A stretch of DNA of 62,569 nucleotides, counting the filler, from Asterionella formosa (taxonomy: Eukaryota): assembly GCA_002256025.1 (NCBI GenBank). It is 28 parts of 28 records of this genome, joined end to end, with 100 filler letters (N's around TTAATTAATTAA, not from the genome) between each part and the next. Parts side by side here need not be neighbours in the genome. Positions count along the whole stretch, not along the records: positions 49,274 to 51,406 come from NKIB01000359.1; positions 51,507 to 53,639 come from NKIB01000360.1; positions 53,740 to 55,872 come from NKIB01000361.1; positions 55,973 to 58,105 come from NKIB01000362.1; positions 58,206 to 60,338 come from NKIB01000363.1; positions 60,439 to 62,569 come from NKIB01000364.1; 22 more parts are not named here. One strand, written 5' to 3'. Positions 51,042 through 62,569 of the stretch are shown piece after piece. A model generated the notes under the pieces. That model had not been told where the DNA came from, did not search any database, and was given only the letters and a program-made list of their open reading frames with translations. Each line of letters begins with the position of its first letter. Positions within the stretch are counted from its first letter, which is position 1. A program made the position numbers and the translations under genes.

Positions 51042-51406
51042 ATGCCACGTTCCAGTGGTAGCCGTCTCATTTCCGAAATTGGTGTTGGTGGTCAAGGAGG
51101 ACGAAATATAGCGTCCGATGAAAATCAAAATTGGTGGACCTCTAAGATGCCTTCTTGTCCCCCTACAACAACCACTTCACCAATTGAACTAGCAATCACA
51201 TCGTCACCAATTAAAACAGACTGCTCTCAACTGAACACGAATCATATAATCGACTATAATACATTGTCGAAATTTCTGAAGGAAGATATGTATTGCAAAA
51301 GTTGTGTTAATAAATTTGTAAAAGAATATTGCAAACAATCACTTCGTGACTTTGTAACTTATTTTACATCAAATAGACAACAAAAGCTGTCCATTGAACA
51401 GCAATG
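51042..51406 (+). CDS. Possible N-terminus of a Kolobok/Mutator-like transposase
   Basis: NHIIDYNTL..MYCKSC directly downstream of the KolX-like ORF; truncated. Confidence 0.4.
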
Positions 51407-51506
51407 NNNNNNNNNNNNNNNNNNNNNNNNNNNNNNNNNNNNNNNNNNNNTTAATTAATTAANNNNNNNNNNNNNNNNNNNNNNNNNNNNNNNNNNNNNN
51501 NNNNNN

Positions 51507-52757
51507 CATTTTCGATTGATTGCCGAGATCCTGTTTTTACCAGAGTTGGCGCATTTAAAGAATGGATTATGTGCGTCTTGGAGGGATCATGTTTCCCGCC
51601 TCCCATTATATCCCTTCCTGGACCAAAAGAAATTGTCAATATTTCATTAACAACCGATGCCTATCCCAACCAAACGGAACTATTTGTTACCAATCTGTGC
51701 ACAAATCAAGTATTTAGCATCCCAGGGTTTCAGAGCAATTTGCTAGAGGCTGATACACACTATAATTTCTCGTTTTTACTACCAGCAGAGGGCGAGTACT
51801 TTCTAGCAGTACAAGATAACATGGAGGATGGTACGTGGGAACAACTTGAGTTGGATCAGTGCTATAACAACCACTAACAATTAAAATGTCCTTGCTTACC
51901 ATAATTTTGCATTCATGTGCGTTCATCAGGGTTTATTGGCTCAGGTGGCGTGATATTCACATCTTCAGATGGTATTGTGCTGTACGAAATCAGTTCCGAC
52001 CAAAAGTTTGCATTAAATGATTTTAAGATTGTTGTCGGTGATGATATATGCACTTCAATGCCGACACAAAGTCCGACAGCCCTTCCTCCTCCAATATTTC
52101 TTCCGGGGCCGATGGCAACAATAAACGTGACTCTGACAACAGATGCCTTCCCTAATGAAACACTCATTTCGTATTTCAGTTTTTGCACTGGAGAAAATGT
52201 TGTTCATCAGCCTGACCATTGGGAGACTCAATACAACTTTTCGTTTACACTAAAAAATGGCGAGTATGAAATCGCGATTAGTGATGTTGGGACAGATGGT
52301 ACGCACAAGCTGAATTCTGATCATGCTGGGAACAAATTTTATTTCTAACTGACTCTTTTTGTCAAAAGGATTTATTGATTCCGGCAGTGCATTGTTCACA
52401 TATGGTGGCATTGACATTGTAAGAATCAATTTAGGCGAGGTCTTTGTTAACAAGTTGATCACGATTGTTGTTGGTGATGGATGCACATCTGATTCTTTTG
52501 GTTCAATCGCTCCATTTGATTTTTCCCCTTTTTTCGTTGCTCCATCAACTTCTTCGTCTCCTTTAGGTTCTAATCCTTTTCTTACTACAACTCCGTTTCC
52601 GCCTGCAACGACTTCCCCTTTCGGTTCAGCTTCTTCTTCTGGTCCAGCTACTAAGTATCCTTTCCCAGTTCCTTCTTCGGGTGGAGCTTCCGTGTCGTAC
52701 TTAAATGCCTTTCTTGTACCAACATTGTATTATTTACTCTGCTGCGTACTACACTGA
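51507..52757 (+). CDS. 3' part of a secreted protein: trypsin-like C-terminus, two TDxF/YPxET..DG modules, S/T/P stalk and GPI-like tail; introns 51831-51929 and 52299-52368
   Basis: PVFTRVGAFKEWI; LTTDAYPNQT..QDNMEDG|FI; LTTDAFPNET..SDVGTDG|FI; SSGG + hydrophobic C-terminus. Confidence 0.7.
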
Positions 52758-53135
52758 AAAATTCTGGATCTGGCAATGCATACTGATACTCGGACGTTGG
52801 GGGTTTTCGTAACGACAACTCTTGGTGTCAAGTTGGGTTTATATCCCAAACCCACCATTTCGATCGAATCATATGCATGAGTTGCTAGTTTGATTGCGCA
52901 CTGCCGACTGAACAATTAATTAAATCTAGTATGGACAAACCTTCGGTTTGCTTTTGCGAATATAACGACAATATAGCAACACTCTACAAGTTCAAGAGTG
53001 TTAGGGTAATAGATATCCTTCATTATTGCAAATCCCCAAATCTGTGCCTAATGCACGAATCGAACCATTTTCAGATCAATCATTATATAAAAAATGAATA
53101 TTGAGCAATAATTTTTATAGCGCATTAGTACTAGC

Positions 53136-53639
53136 CTATTGACAGGATTGTATTCGTTGCGCTCCATAGCCCATAAAGCGGGGCGGTGGAGGAGGTTTGA
53201 TGATCACTCCCTCATGTAGAAGTCGTGGAAAAATAATTGTGGTAGCTGAGATCTTGGCCGGGATTGTCGAGAACGCTGGTGGTTCTTGCGGGTCACAGGC
53301 CTGGATGTTGAGTGTTGTTTGTCGCATATTGGCTGTTGGATTTATCAACACTTTCCTTGGGATCTCCTCCCTTCTGCTGGACACTTGACTAAAATGTTTT
53401 GTTATTGTTTGTTGTCCAGTAGCCGCCATTTTTTGGGATGCTGCTATGAGGTATTCTACGTGTTCCAGGAATCGCCATTTCTTGTTTCTCCTGGATTGTA
53501 GCATTGTGTCTAAATCTGTTTTGAAGATGTGCCTGTTGTCTCTGTTACATATTTCGCTTTGTAGTTTCTATATCTGTCGAATTGTTTTGTTCAGAGCGGA
53601 TTGCGCTTATCATCGTTTTTCCCGTTGTGTAGTTCGTCA
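53136..53639 (-). pseudogene. Possible decayed 3' end of a non-LTR retrotransposon ORF2
   Basis: DNRHIFKTDLDTML..KKWRFL..GQQTITKHF resembles LINE C-terminal tails; stops upstream. Confidence 0.35.
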
Positions 53640-54211
53640 NNNNNNNNNNNNNNNNNNNNNNNNNNNNNNNNNNNNNNNNNNNNTTAATTAATTAANNNNN
53701 NNNNNNNNNNNNNNNNNNNNNNNNNNNNNNNNNNNNNNNTACTCATACTACTCATACATGCACAGCATCATTGTGTTCGAATCGACTCTGATGCCTCAAC
53801 CATAGCTGTTGGAGCATATTGAGTGGACAATACAGAGGAGGGACTGGACGGCCCTATACAGGCGTTCTACGGCGCTGACATTTGATGATACAGAGCGCAT
53901 TTGCGCTCTTTGAACAATCACTCATCAACGACATTCACTCGCTCAGCATACTACATGATCATGTCAGAGCGGCTGGGCGTTTTCTTTTGGGTGCTCGCCA
54001 TCAATGAACTCGATCGATTCAACAGGACTCTCCCACTCCTCGATTTGAATCTGATGCGGCCAATCTATTCTTCCAGATAGAGGAACAGCTGAGAGGGTCC
54101 GAAGAACAGGATCAGCTGGAAATCTCCATTAATAATCATAGCGCAACGAAAGTAGCGTCGTTTCAGTCCATTGCTCAAGTTAAGGAAGAGACATGGCAAA
54201 AGGTTGCCAAT

Positions 54212-55872
54212 ATGGCAAAAAGTTCCAAGCTTCCCAAGCTCAAAGAGTGGGGTGATAAATACGGAAGGTTTCTTGGAAAATATCAAATGCAGGATCAAAA
54301 GCATTTGTCAGAGACATGCGTCGTTGTGTTTGGAACTGAATTGAACATTACTGGATCCACAGAAGAGACCAAGGTAGTGTTCAAGCTCTTCAATGACAGG
54401 TCTGCATTCCTGTGCGAATTGGAAAAGCGGAAAATGATCAGGAAAATTGATGGTGCAAACAAATTTATAATTGGTGTGAGGGCCGCATATACAGACAGCA
54501 TGGAAGGGTTGGATGAAACTGATCCTCTGGTTATTCAGATTGAGCCTCCACAGAGAGTCACATGGAAAGAAAAAGTCTTTAAAAATTTCGTAGTCATGCC
54601 TTTCGAGAGCAAGAATGACCTCAGTGATGTAATATCGCATGATTCCATTGCGGGCAAGGACGTGCATGCAGTGCATTCCATTGCAATCCAAATTGCCAAG
54701 TGCCTTCAGTTTCTTAATGAAGAGTGTAAAGTTATGCATGGAGATGTGAAGGCTCGAAATTTCGTGTCTCGTGGTGAGGGTTTTTGGATATGCTGCGATC
54801 GATCTTGATAACGCGGCATCCATTGGCAAATATGCTGGTCAGAAGACAACAAGTTCTAGATACTTGCCTCCTGAACAGCCTGAACAGGCTGCTGTTGAGT
54901 ACAATAAGCAGATAGGTCAGGTTGCTACAGAAAAAGTTAAAGCCAGTTCCCAATAAGACATGTGGTGCTTTGGAGTCCTTCTTTATTATCTCTGCACTGG
55001 TGAACAACTTTTTTATATGAATATTCGTGAAGAAGTAACATCACTGGTCGAGCTAGAGAAAATAGTAAAATGGAATGACCAAGTTTGGGAAGAAGAGGTT
55101 GAACGATGTTTTAAGAATGAATGGAGTCCCATGATACCTCTGCTTGTACAATTGCTTAAGAAAAAGCCAGAAAAGCGCTATTTTTGTTGGGATTATATTA
55201 TTAAGGATCTTAAAGAAGGTGAAGGTAATGACAAGGTTAATGCTACAAAATTGCAAAAAATTCTTGAAGGTCAGCAAGAAATTAAGGATGCCATGCTTGA
55301 AACCAGGGATCTTGTGCGTGAACATACTGTGACACTCCAATACCTAAAGTTGAGCATTGACCAAATCCCTCATTTGATGGTCGAACTTGAAAAGGTGAAG
55401 TTCCCATACATATTTACCCTTCTCAACGCCGATGAGTTTGAAAATTTCAAGAACACCTTGAAGCCCAAGCCCTCAAAGGATGAACAAATTGTGGATGCAG
55501 TGGAAGAAATGGTAGATAGAGTGAAGAAAGTGGATGAGATTATTCGTTGTTGCAAGAAGTTTCTTGATTCTTCGAAGAAGACTGCCACTCTACTAAAAGG
55601 GTCCTGGGAATATTTCAGTGGTAAGAAGACTGAAGTGGTATATCTTCAGTTGTTGTGTGGGTTGACGTTGCAACCCCTAGTCTCATACGAAACTCAAACT
55701 GCAACATACCCAAAGCAAATTGAAAATATGGCTGAGCTAGGGGCCAAGTTGTGTACCATTGTAGTGAGTGTTGCCATGCTATGGAATGTGGCTCGGGAAT
55801 TGGTAAATATATCAGGGTGTAAAATTCCAGAATTTCCAGAAGATGATCTGAACAAAGTCAAGAATTTTCTTC
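54212..55872 (+). pseudogene. Protein kinase pseudogene (frameshift near 54780, stop at 54954-54956) with a long helical C-terminal region
   Basis: VVFK, HGDVKARN, IDLD, YLPPE, *DMWCFGVLLY. Confidence 0.75.
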
Positions 55873-55972
55873 NNNNNNNNNNNNNNNNNNNNNNNNNNNN
55901 NNNNNNNNNNNNNNNNTTAATTAATTAANNNNNNNNNNNNNNNNNNNNNNNNNNNNNNNNNNNNNNNNNNNN

Positions 55973-57322
55973 CGCTCTGTCAGTGTATCTGGTAGGTAGC
56001 CCTGTAGGTGTGGCTCAAAAACGGCCCATAGTAGTGGCCGTGCTAGCGTCAATGCTACTTCACGTGGGAACTGCAGGAGAATATTTGGAGCAACAGTTTC
56101 CAAAAGCCAATCATCAGTCACACCGCAACTCTCTTTGAGCACATACTTACATGCTCCTCCAATACACAGGGCTGCTGCCACCTTGGCATCAGGATATGGA
56201 AGATCAACATCAATGTAAGTGTCTACTTGCTTTGTGTGTCGTTTCCAGCGACCGCGGAAATCTATATCATCGCGGGAGCATCCATTCCTTCGTGCATGGG
56301 TTGAGGGATATTTACGAAGGCTGTGTGTTCCAATTAATCCAATGATGCCAAGCTTGTTGAACTCACTACCTGACCAAACTTCATCTCGCAGGATACGATA
56401 TGCCTTATTTTTTGCATTCCGAGGATTATCGGTTCCAAGAGGAAAAACCCAGTCATTCTCCAATGAGCTGCCATTGGACATTCCTTCTGTCTCGAGGTGG
56501 ATTGCCAAGTTAAGTAGTACACAATACTGTGGGTCCATTGCACCCATGAGGAATTGATCTGGTGCATCCCTCTCATCCTTGACATTCTTGGACCAACACA
56601 GCTGACATATCAGGGTAAAAGGAAAACGAAGATTTGGTTTCAAGTTTTCCTTCTTCAATTGGACACAATCGTCGATCCGGCCGACCATGTGGAATTGGAA
56701 GGAACATAGAGAAACCATCTGGTAGCGGCGGATACTGTCTTTGCATCGTCGAAGTGCATTTATTGTGTTGGTTAATTCTTGGGCTTCAAGTGGACGACGT
56801 GCTGCTGATGCTTTTCCCTGCTTGCGGACCTCCTTTTTCTTTACAGCCTTGATTAGGTCAAGAACAAGCACAGATCTGGTTGGATTTCCACAGTTGATCA
56901 TGACATTCCAAGTCGAGAGCCGGAGTGGCATGAAGTACTAGGACAATGCCTTCTTGTAATATTCCAATGAGGTTGATCTACCATATGTTGGATTGTCGTT
57001 TTGGCTTGGGTTTGGTTTACCATAAGTCCATCCATTTTATATGTGTTCAGGCTTGATGTCTGCTAGCTGCTCTAGACTAAATTCATAGTCAGTAGCAAAT
57101 TCTATCCCATTTTTGTAGGTCATCATCGCCAATAGAATCCTCCTGTATCGATGGCATTGCAAAGGTTGGTTCATTCCTATCAACATGGTCTGCCTAGTTT
57201 TGCTTTAATTTAAAATATATATGATGCATATGTATATAAAAGTCTATATTACCTGTAAAAAGTCTATTCAGGAAGCCTTCTATAGATATTGGTGTGTGGG
57301 CAACCATCTACCGGTAGTATGG
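55973..57322 (-). mobile_element. CryptonS-type tyrosine-recombinase DNA transposon (YR core open, N-terminus disrupted)
   Basis: Catalytic set GRIDD, WSKN, THSLRK, GRW, DTYID; TATGG at the homology boundary (57318-57322). Confidence 0.85.
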
Positions 57323-58205
57323 CACCAGTTACCTGGTGGTGGTTCCTGGTCCTCCGAGTACCAGGTAGTGCTATATATAAATCTTACGTACATGGACAAA
57401 TAAGATTGATTTATGATGGTGCAGTGGTTGAATTTCCCAAGAGGTTACAACAATATACGACTAATCTGAGTTGAAAATTCAACCAAAAGAAGAGGAAAAA
57501 TTCAACCGCCAATGCAACCGGGTTGAAATTCTTGGAGGTCAGTACCTAATTTTACCACGGTAAAATGTTGTCAATACTGTCAAGGTACCATCATGTCCCG
57601 AGTAGGACAATACCAGGGGTCTACAGAAAAATACAACTTGGGTTGAATTTTACCAGTAACAGTAGGGGTATCGCAAAGAATGGAACAATTATCGTACCGG
57701 TAGTTCTTTACCAGTATGCTTCCTTGGCAATCTAAGTTTTCCCATCATGCTACCAGTATTACTATTACTAGCTGATGCTGCAGCTGCAAAGATGACAATC
57801 TTTCATGAAAGTTGGTCGTGGGGACCTTTCCTATGATAACAAAACTACTAACAAAACTACTGGTAGGGCAGTGCAGGTCTTGTCAGAAGTTCGCAAAATG
57901 GCAACAAGACTAAGAAGAACAAGAATACAATTAGGCAACAAGTATGAATGAGATTGTATACCATGCATCATGCCAGACTATCAGTTTAGTTATTGCATGA
58001 CTATAAGGATCACCACATGCATCTTTGCAGCAGTGCCTCTTGTGGAAAGCATACAATACTGGCAGCAGCCTAGCAAAAAGTAGACTTGTGAAGTGTAGGC
58101 TAGATNNNNNNNNNNNNNNNNNNNNNNNNNNNNNNNNNNNNNNNNNNNNTTAATTAATTAANNNNNNNNNNNNNNNNNNNNNNNNNNNNNNNNNNNNNNN
58201 NNNNN

Positions 58206-60338
58206 GGGCCTCAGCGACTGCAGGATGGCGCCAGAAGAGCAGCATCGCAGGGGTCCAACCGGTCCTTGGCCCGGATGGACGCCTGCTGACAGCTTTGACT
58301 GATATTCATCAGGCCTGGGGAGCGCACTATGCATCTCTAGCAGCAGATGAAACCGGTCATAGCCAGGAGGCCCAATATTGGGAGAAATTTGACCCGCACC
58401 CACAGGCAAATGAGGGGATCCGTTCGCTGGACGAACCCTTCACAACCTCCGATATTTGGACTGCCCTGAGGAAGATGAAGAGCCATCGTGCTCCTGGCGG
58501 TGACGGGATACCCACTGAACTGCTACAGGCATGTTTGGCGGAGGAACGGGCCCTACTTTCCCACCTTCAAAACTATCGGGAAGAGGAGCCCACCCCGCCA
58601 CCATCCACTCCAATGACGGACTCACTAGGAACCCTACTCAACTTTGCGTATGAGAGGGGACTGGTGGCCCAGTCATGGGCTGAGTCACTGGTCGTCTCAA
58701 TACCGAAGAAAGGGGACTTGGCTGATATGAACAACTATCGGGGGATTTCGCTCATGGCCACTGTCCTCAAGGTGGTGTGTGTGATCCTTGGTACCAGGAT
58801 AAATGTGGAAGCGGAATCTCGAGGGCTGTTTAGCCGAGCCCAGGCTGGCTTTCGCCAGAGAGAGGAATGTGTAACCCAGGTAGCCTGTGTCATGGAAATC
58901 ATACAACGCCGGAGGATAGTGGGAGAGCCGACCTACGTGGTATTCGTAGACCTCAAGAAGGCATATGATACGGTGCCCCACGAGGCGCTCTTTGCGAAAC
59001 TATCCCGGTTTGGGATCAGGGGACGTTGCCTTGCTTTTCTACGTGCCCTTTATCGCAGCAGTACAATCAGGGTACGAGTGGGGGGTGGCTTGACTGCCCT
59101 TTACTCGGACCCCTGCAGACTGTTGCGAGGTGTGCGGCAGGGTTGCCCTCTTTCGCCTATACTGTTCAACATCTTCATTGATGACTTGGCAGTGGGGACG
59201 GAGGAGAGCGGTGCCCTGGTACCAACTGGGGACAGTCGCACATGGCGGAACTCCACACCCACACTGACAGTAGGATGTACCCTCTTTGCTGATGATGCGG
59301 CCGGAATCTGCCCCTCCCTGGAGGCGGCCAAACGGTTCTGTACGCACGTTACCAACTGGGTTACAGCTAACGAGATGAGTGTGGGCATAGGGAAGTGCGG
59401 GCTGATGGAATTCCTACCGCCAGACCCAGGTTCGGCCACCGAACCGCTTGTCCCTGGACAAGATGTGGCTGGACTGGAACTGGAGGGACTTCCACTCCCT
59501 GTTGTGGACAGATATATGTATCTGGGTGTCCTCATGACACCAGGTCTGTCTATCTCGTCTATGGTGGACCATAGAGTCAAGCAAGGGCGGGCCACAGTTG
59601 CCACCTTGGTACCGTTTCTACGGTGCCCGGTGGTACCAATGGCCATGCGTTTGCTGACTGTTGCAGGAGTAGTTGCCCCCCGCCTCCTTTTTGGGGCTGA
59701 GCTGTATGGTATGAACCGTCACCTTACGGACAAAATGCAGGTTCTTCTGAACCGATGCCTTAGGGCTAGCATTGGAGCCAGGAGGGCAGGGGGTGTGCCA
59801 TCAGTAGGCCTTTGGAAGGAGGCACGGATGTTGCCAATGTGTGCCTTGGCGGGTGCCCGACGGGCCAGAGCTTATGCCAAGGCCTCGGGTCTCAAAACCT
59901 GGCTTCAGGAATTGGTCCTAAGACCATTCCGAAGTCAGAAATGGACATGGTGCTCAGGGGGTCCGCGCTGGCTGAAACGCTATGCGCTCCCCCATGCACC
60001 GGTGTCTATTGTGGAGAGGTACTTGGGTGCTGGATGGCAGAGCCTGGAACCAAAGGTACTGGCTGAGGTAGTGAAAGCATGCATCTTGGAGAGAGAGTGT
60101 GGGATCCGACGGAACTTGACTCGTCCGTCGGGGGCCCGCACAGTGTGGTATGAGGGAGCCGGATTTGACAAGCATCCACTCACACGGTCACGTGTGGGGG
60201 GCAGTCCCAACGACCAAGCAGGACTGGCTTTGATAGTTCGGTGTCGGATTGGGGCATTTGTAACTGTCCCCACCTTGGTGGGGTGGAAGCGAATGCCTCA
60301 TAGGTATTTGAGGAAGTGTCCATTTTGTGGTATGGATG
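58206..60338 (+). mobile_element. Non-LTR retrotransposon ORF2: complete RT domain and start of a C-terminal zinc finger, no stops over 699 codons
   Basis: APGGDG, PKKGD..NYRGISL, QAGFR, FVDLKKAYDTV, GVRQGCPLSP, LFADD, YLGV, CPFC. Confidence 0.95.
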
Positions 60339-61539
60339 NNNNNNNNNNNNNNNNNNNNNNNNNNNNNNNNNNNNNNNNNNNNTTAATTAATTAANNNNNN
60401 NNNNNNNNNNNNNNNNNNNNNNNNNNNNNNNNNNNNNNACTTAGAAAACTCTCTCTTGGGATTTTGACAGAGATAAATAAAAATTCGTCCCTAAATCCTG
60501 CACAGCGTGGACAACGCCAACCATCCTTCATCGTTCGAATCTGAAATAAATCGGCTTCTATTTCAATACCACATATCTGGTTATTGGACATGAAATCAGG
60601 GATTAAAAACATCGTTCATTGGGGTTTTGAATGAGATCAACAGAATGGAAGAGAGATGCATTAGCGAGTGCAGCAAAACTCAAAAACGATGATGGAATTC
60701 GCAAAGCATTTTATGTGACGAACCTTGCGAAAGTCACGCTCTCTAAAGCACTTGTACTTGCCAGGTCCGGTCGGGGTCGGCACGTGATAAATACCATACA
60801 ATCTTTCCCCAGGCTGTAGTTTGTAAAATTGCATTCTTGCGTTGATTAACAGAACAAAGCAATTGTGAACTTTTGTAACGATGCATACAATGAAATAATT
60901 ATGATGCGTTTGTAACACGTTTGACGAGCGATGTGCTCAATCGATGCGAATGCTGAACTATTCTTCGCGTGTGGTACCAGGTACCGTACCTGGTACCACT
61001 GGAACTATACCGTGTATGTGACCCATTGTTACCAAACCTGGAGGGAGTTGGGAGTTCCGGGAAAGTCCGAATATTGCAAAAATTTGTCAGCACATGCATA
61101 ATATACGATCAAACAATGTCCCGGGAGTTCCGGGAAAGTCCGAATATTGCGAATATTTGTCCGACGATGCATACGGGTACGGTATATACCGGTAATCAAA
61201 CAATATAACTGTACATAATATAAATACAGTATATAGGAGTATACCCGTAGTTAATTTTGTTTTATGATATTGTGTACATGTATTATGCCTTGTATCGGTA
61301 CCAGGTACCTGGTACCTAAGTGGATACATACGTAGTGCGCAGGGTTTCAACATGAATACCGTACGTTCCCGGTCTGGATACAGGTTCCTGGCCTTGTACC
61401 GGTATACACCAAAGATATGTGTAGATTTACAACGAGTATCTCTTACACGGTACAGATACCAGGTACCGGTAGTGCTCCGGGTGTCACTGTACACCCTCGC
61501 ATATAGATCACTCCCTACCGGTACCCGATCGTATCTCAA

Positions 61540-61965
61540 TGTTAAAGTATTACCTTTTGTATAGATCTATATCGTTAGACAAAGAAGACTATAGATAGAG
61601 ACGTTCGTTTCTCTTTCCGTTTCTATATTCTTATTGTGAGTTTACTAATCTAGTTTAGGTTGTTCTGTTTGAACAAACAAACGAACTTTTCTCCAAATGC
61701 TGTTTGCATTTCTAGATACATACAATCATAGATAGACCCATGTCTATCTCACACTTACTGATCATAGGTTTTTAACCATGATCATTCATTTCAAACTATC
61801 GGTCTTCCGAAATAGCTTATATTGTCCGGCTCATTATAGTCGGAGTAACAAGGTATAATGTGTGGTTGATGAGAGCTTGGTACATCAAAGTGGACTCATT
61901 CGAATCGTTTGACTCGTTAGACTCAGAGTCATAACTACGTACCGGTAGATGAGCTCACTTTAACA
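61540..61965 (-). mobile_element. Solo LTR of the copia family at 864-1284, flanked by a TCTCAA direct repeat
   Basis: Reverse-complement match to 864-1284; TCTCAA at 61534-61539 and 61966-61971. Confidence 0.92.
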
Positions 61966-62198
61966 TCTCAATACCAGCCAAACCACGCGCTAAAATATGG
62001 TACCAGGTACCAGTACATGCATATGATGGCCACATATATATAATGTGAATAAGGCACGATAATTGTGATTTAGTACCTGGTAGTTGAATGAATTGATACA
62101 TAACGCGATCTTCTGTATGTACAAACGACGACATTATAGAGTTGTGCTCCTAGCATGTATGAAATTTACAGGTATACACACCAGTTACAGTGATGATA

Positions 62199-62569
62199 CC
62201 ACCTAAAAACTGAGAGTCATATATAGTTTACCCCATGTTTCGAATCAAACTATTTTAGTCAAATTTCATGGTGACAACAAATCAAGTACGTAGCTAAATG
62301 TAGAACAGGCTCTCCGCTTTCAATAGGTCTGTTTAATTAGTAATGAGGCTTCATAATTCAAGAGATATGAAGTTTTTAAAGTTGATGATTATGGTCGTTT
62401 TGTATGACTATCAATACATATTTTTTACTACGTACCTGAAGAAAATTTTATATTCAAATTCTGGTTTCGATTACCCTATTGTTCACTCTAAAGCTTTTTC
62501 CTGCCACAATATTATTTGTCCGTTGCATCATCTACCCATTTATTATTCATTGTTTTCATTTTTTAAACC
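62199..62569 (-). mobile_element. Third copy of the pogo-like terminus
   Basis: TA|CCACCTAAAAACTGAGAGTCATA; matches 23157-23527. Confidence 0.88.

Larger units (their letters stand above)
2147..60438. other. 27 artificial 100-bp scaffold linkers (N-run + TTAATTAATTAA + N-run) joining 28 unrelated ~2.1 kb contigs; first at 2147-2246, last at 60339-60438
   Basis: The same linker, with stops in all six frames, recurs about every 2.24 kb. Contig lengths fall almost monotonically from 2146 to about 2131 bp. Confidence 0.98.

Noticed and set aside
60640..60819. Possible piggyBac-like Cys-rich tail (RCISEC..LCDEPC..YH)
   Set aside because: Too degenerate, with several stops, to support a call.

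Overview
This is not one locus. It is 28 unlinked contigs of about 2.13-2.15 kb, sorted by decreasing length and joined by artificial 100-bp linkers (N-run + TTAATTAATTAA + N-run), so adjacency across linkers means nothing. Most contigs look like a repeat-rich diatom nuclear genome (inferred from signal peptide + ASAFAP-like plastid presequences, ~70-110 bp GT-AG introns, CoDi-type copia and CryptonS elements). One contig is betaproteobacterial gatCAB, probably a co-cultured bacterium. Host genes include a FEX/CrcB fluoride exporter, plastid PDH E2, ZDS, OSCA/CSC1, TauE, a DUF4239-like protein, a zinc-finger protein and a trypsin/GPI-like protein. The rest is mostly TEs: copia, gypsy, LINE, DIRS-like YR, Crypton, pogo, Harbinger, Kolobok/Mutator-like and Plavaka-like. 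The most striking signal is pervasive TA-CC(N0-1)GG-TA scars. Paired repeat copies in this window show them to be insertions at single TA sites, they match the CCA...TGG ends of a resident pogo-like element, they stack into (TACCAGG)n arrays, and two gypsy insertions sit directly against their CCAGG core. Also notable are a second footprint class (3-bp duplication with complementary bases), a shared in-frame UGA-C between gag and pol in three copia copies, and a copia family with no TGG-type PBS and a 6-bp TSD. All family assignments are by-eye motif recognition, not database searches.
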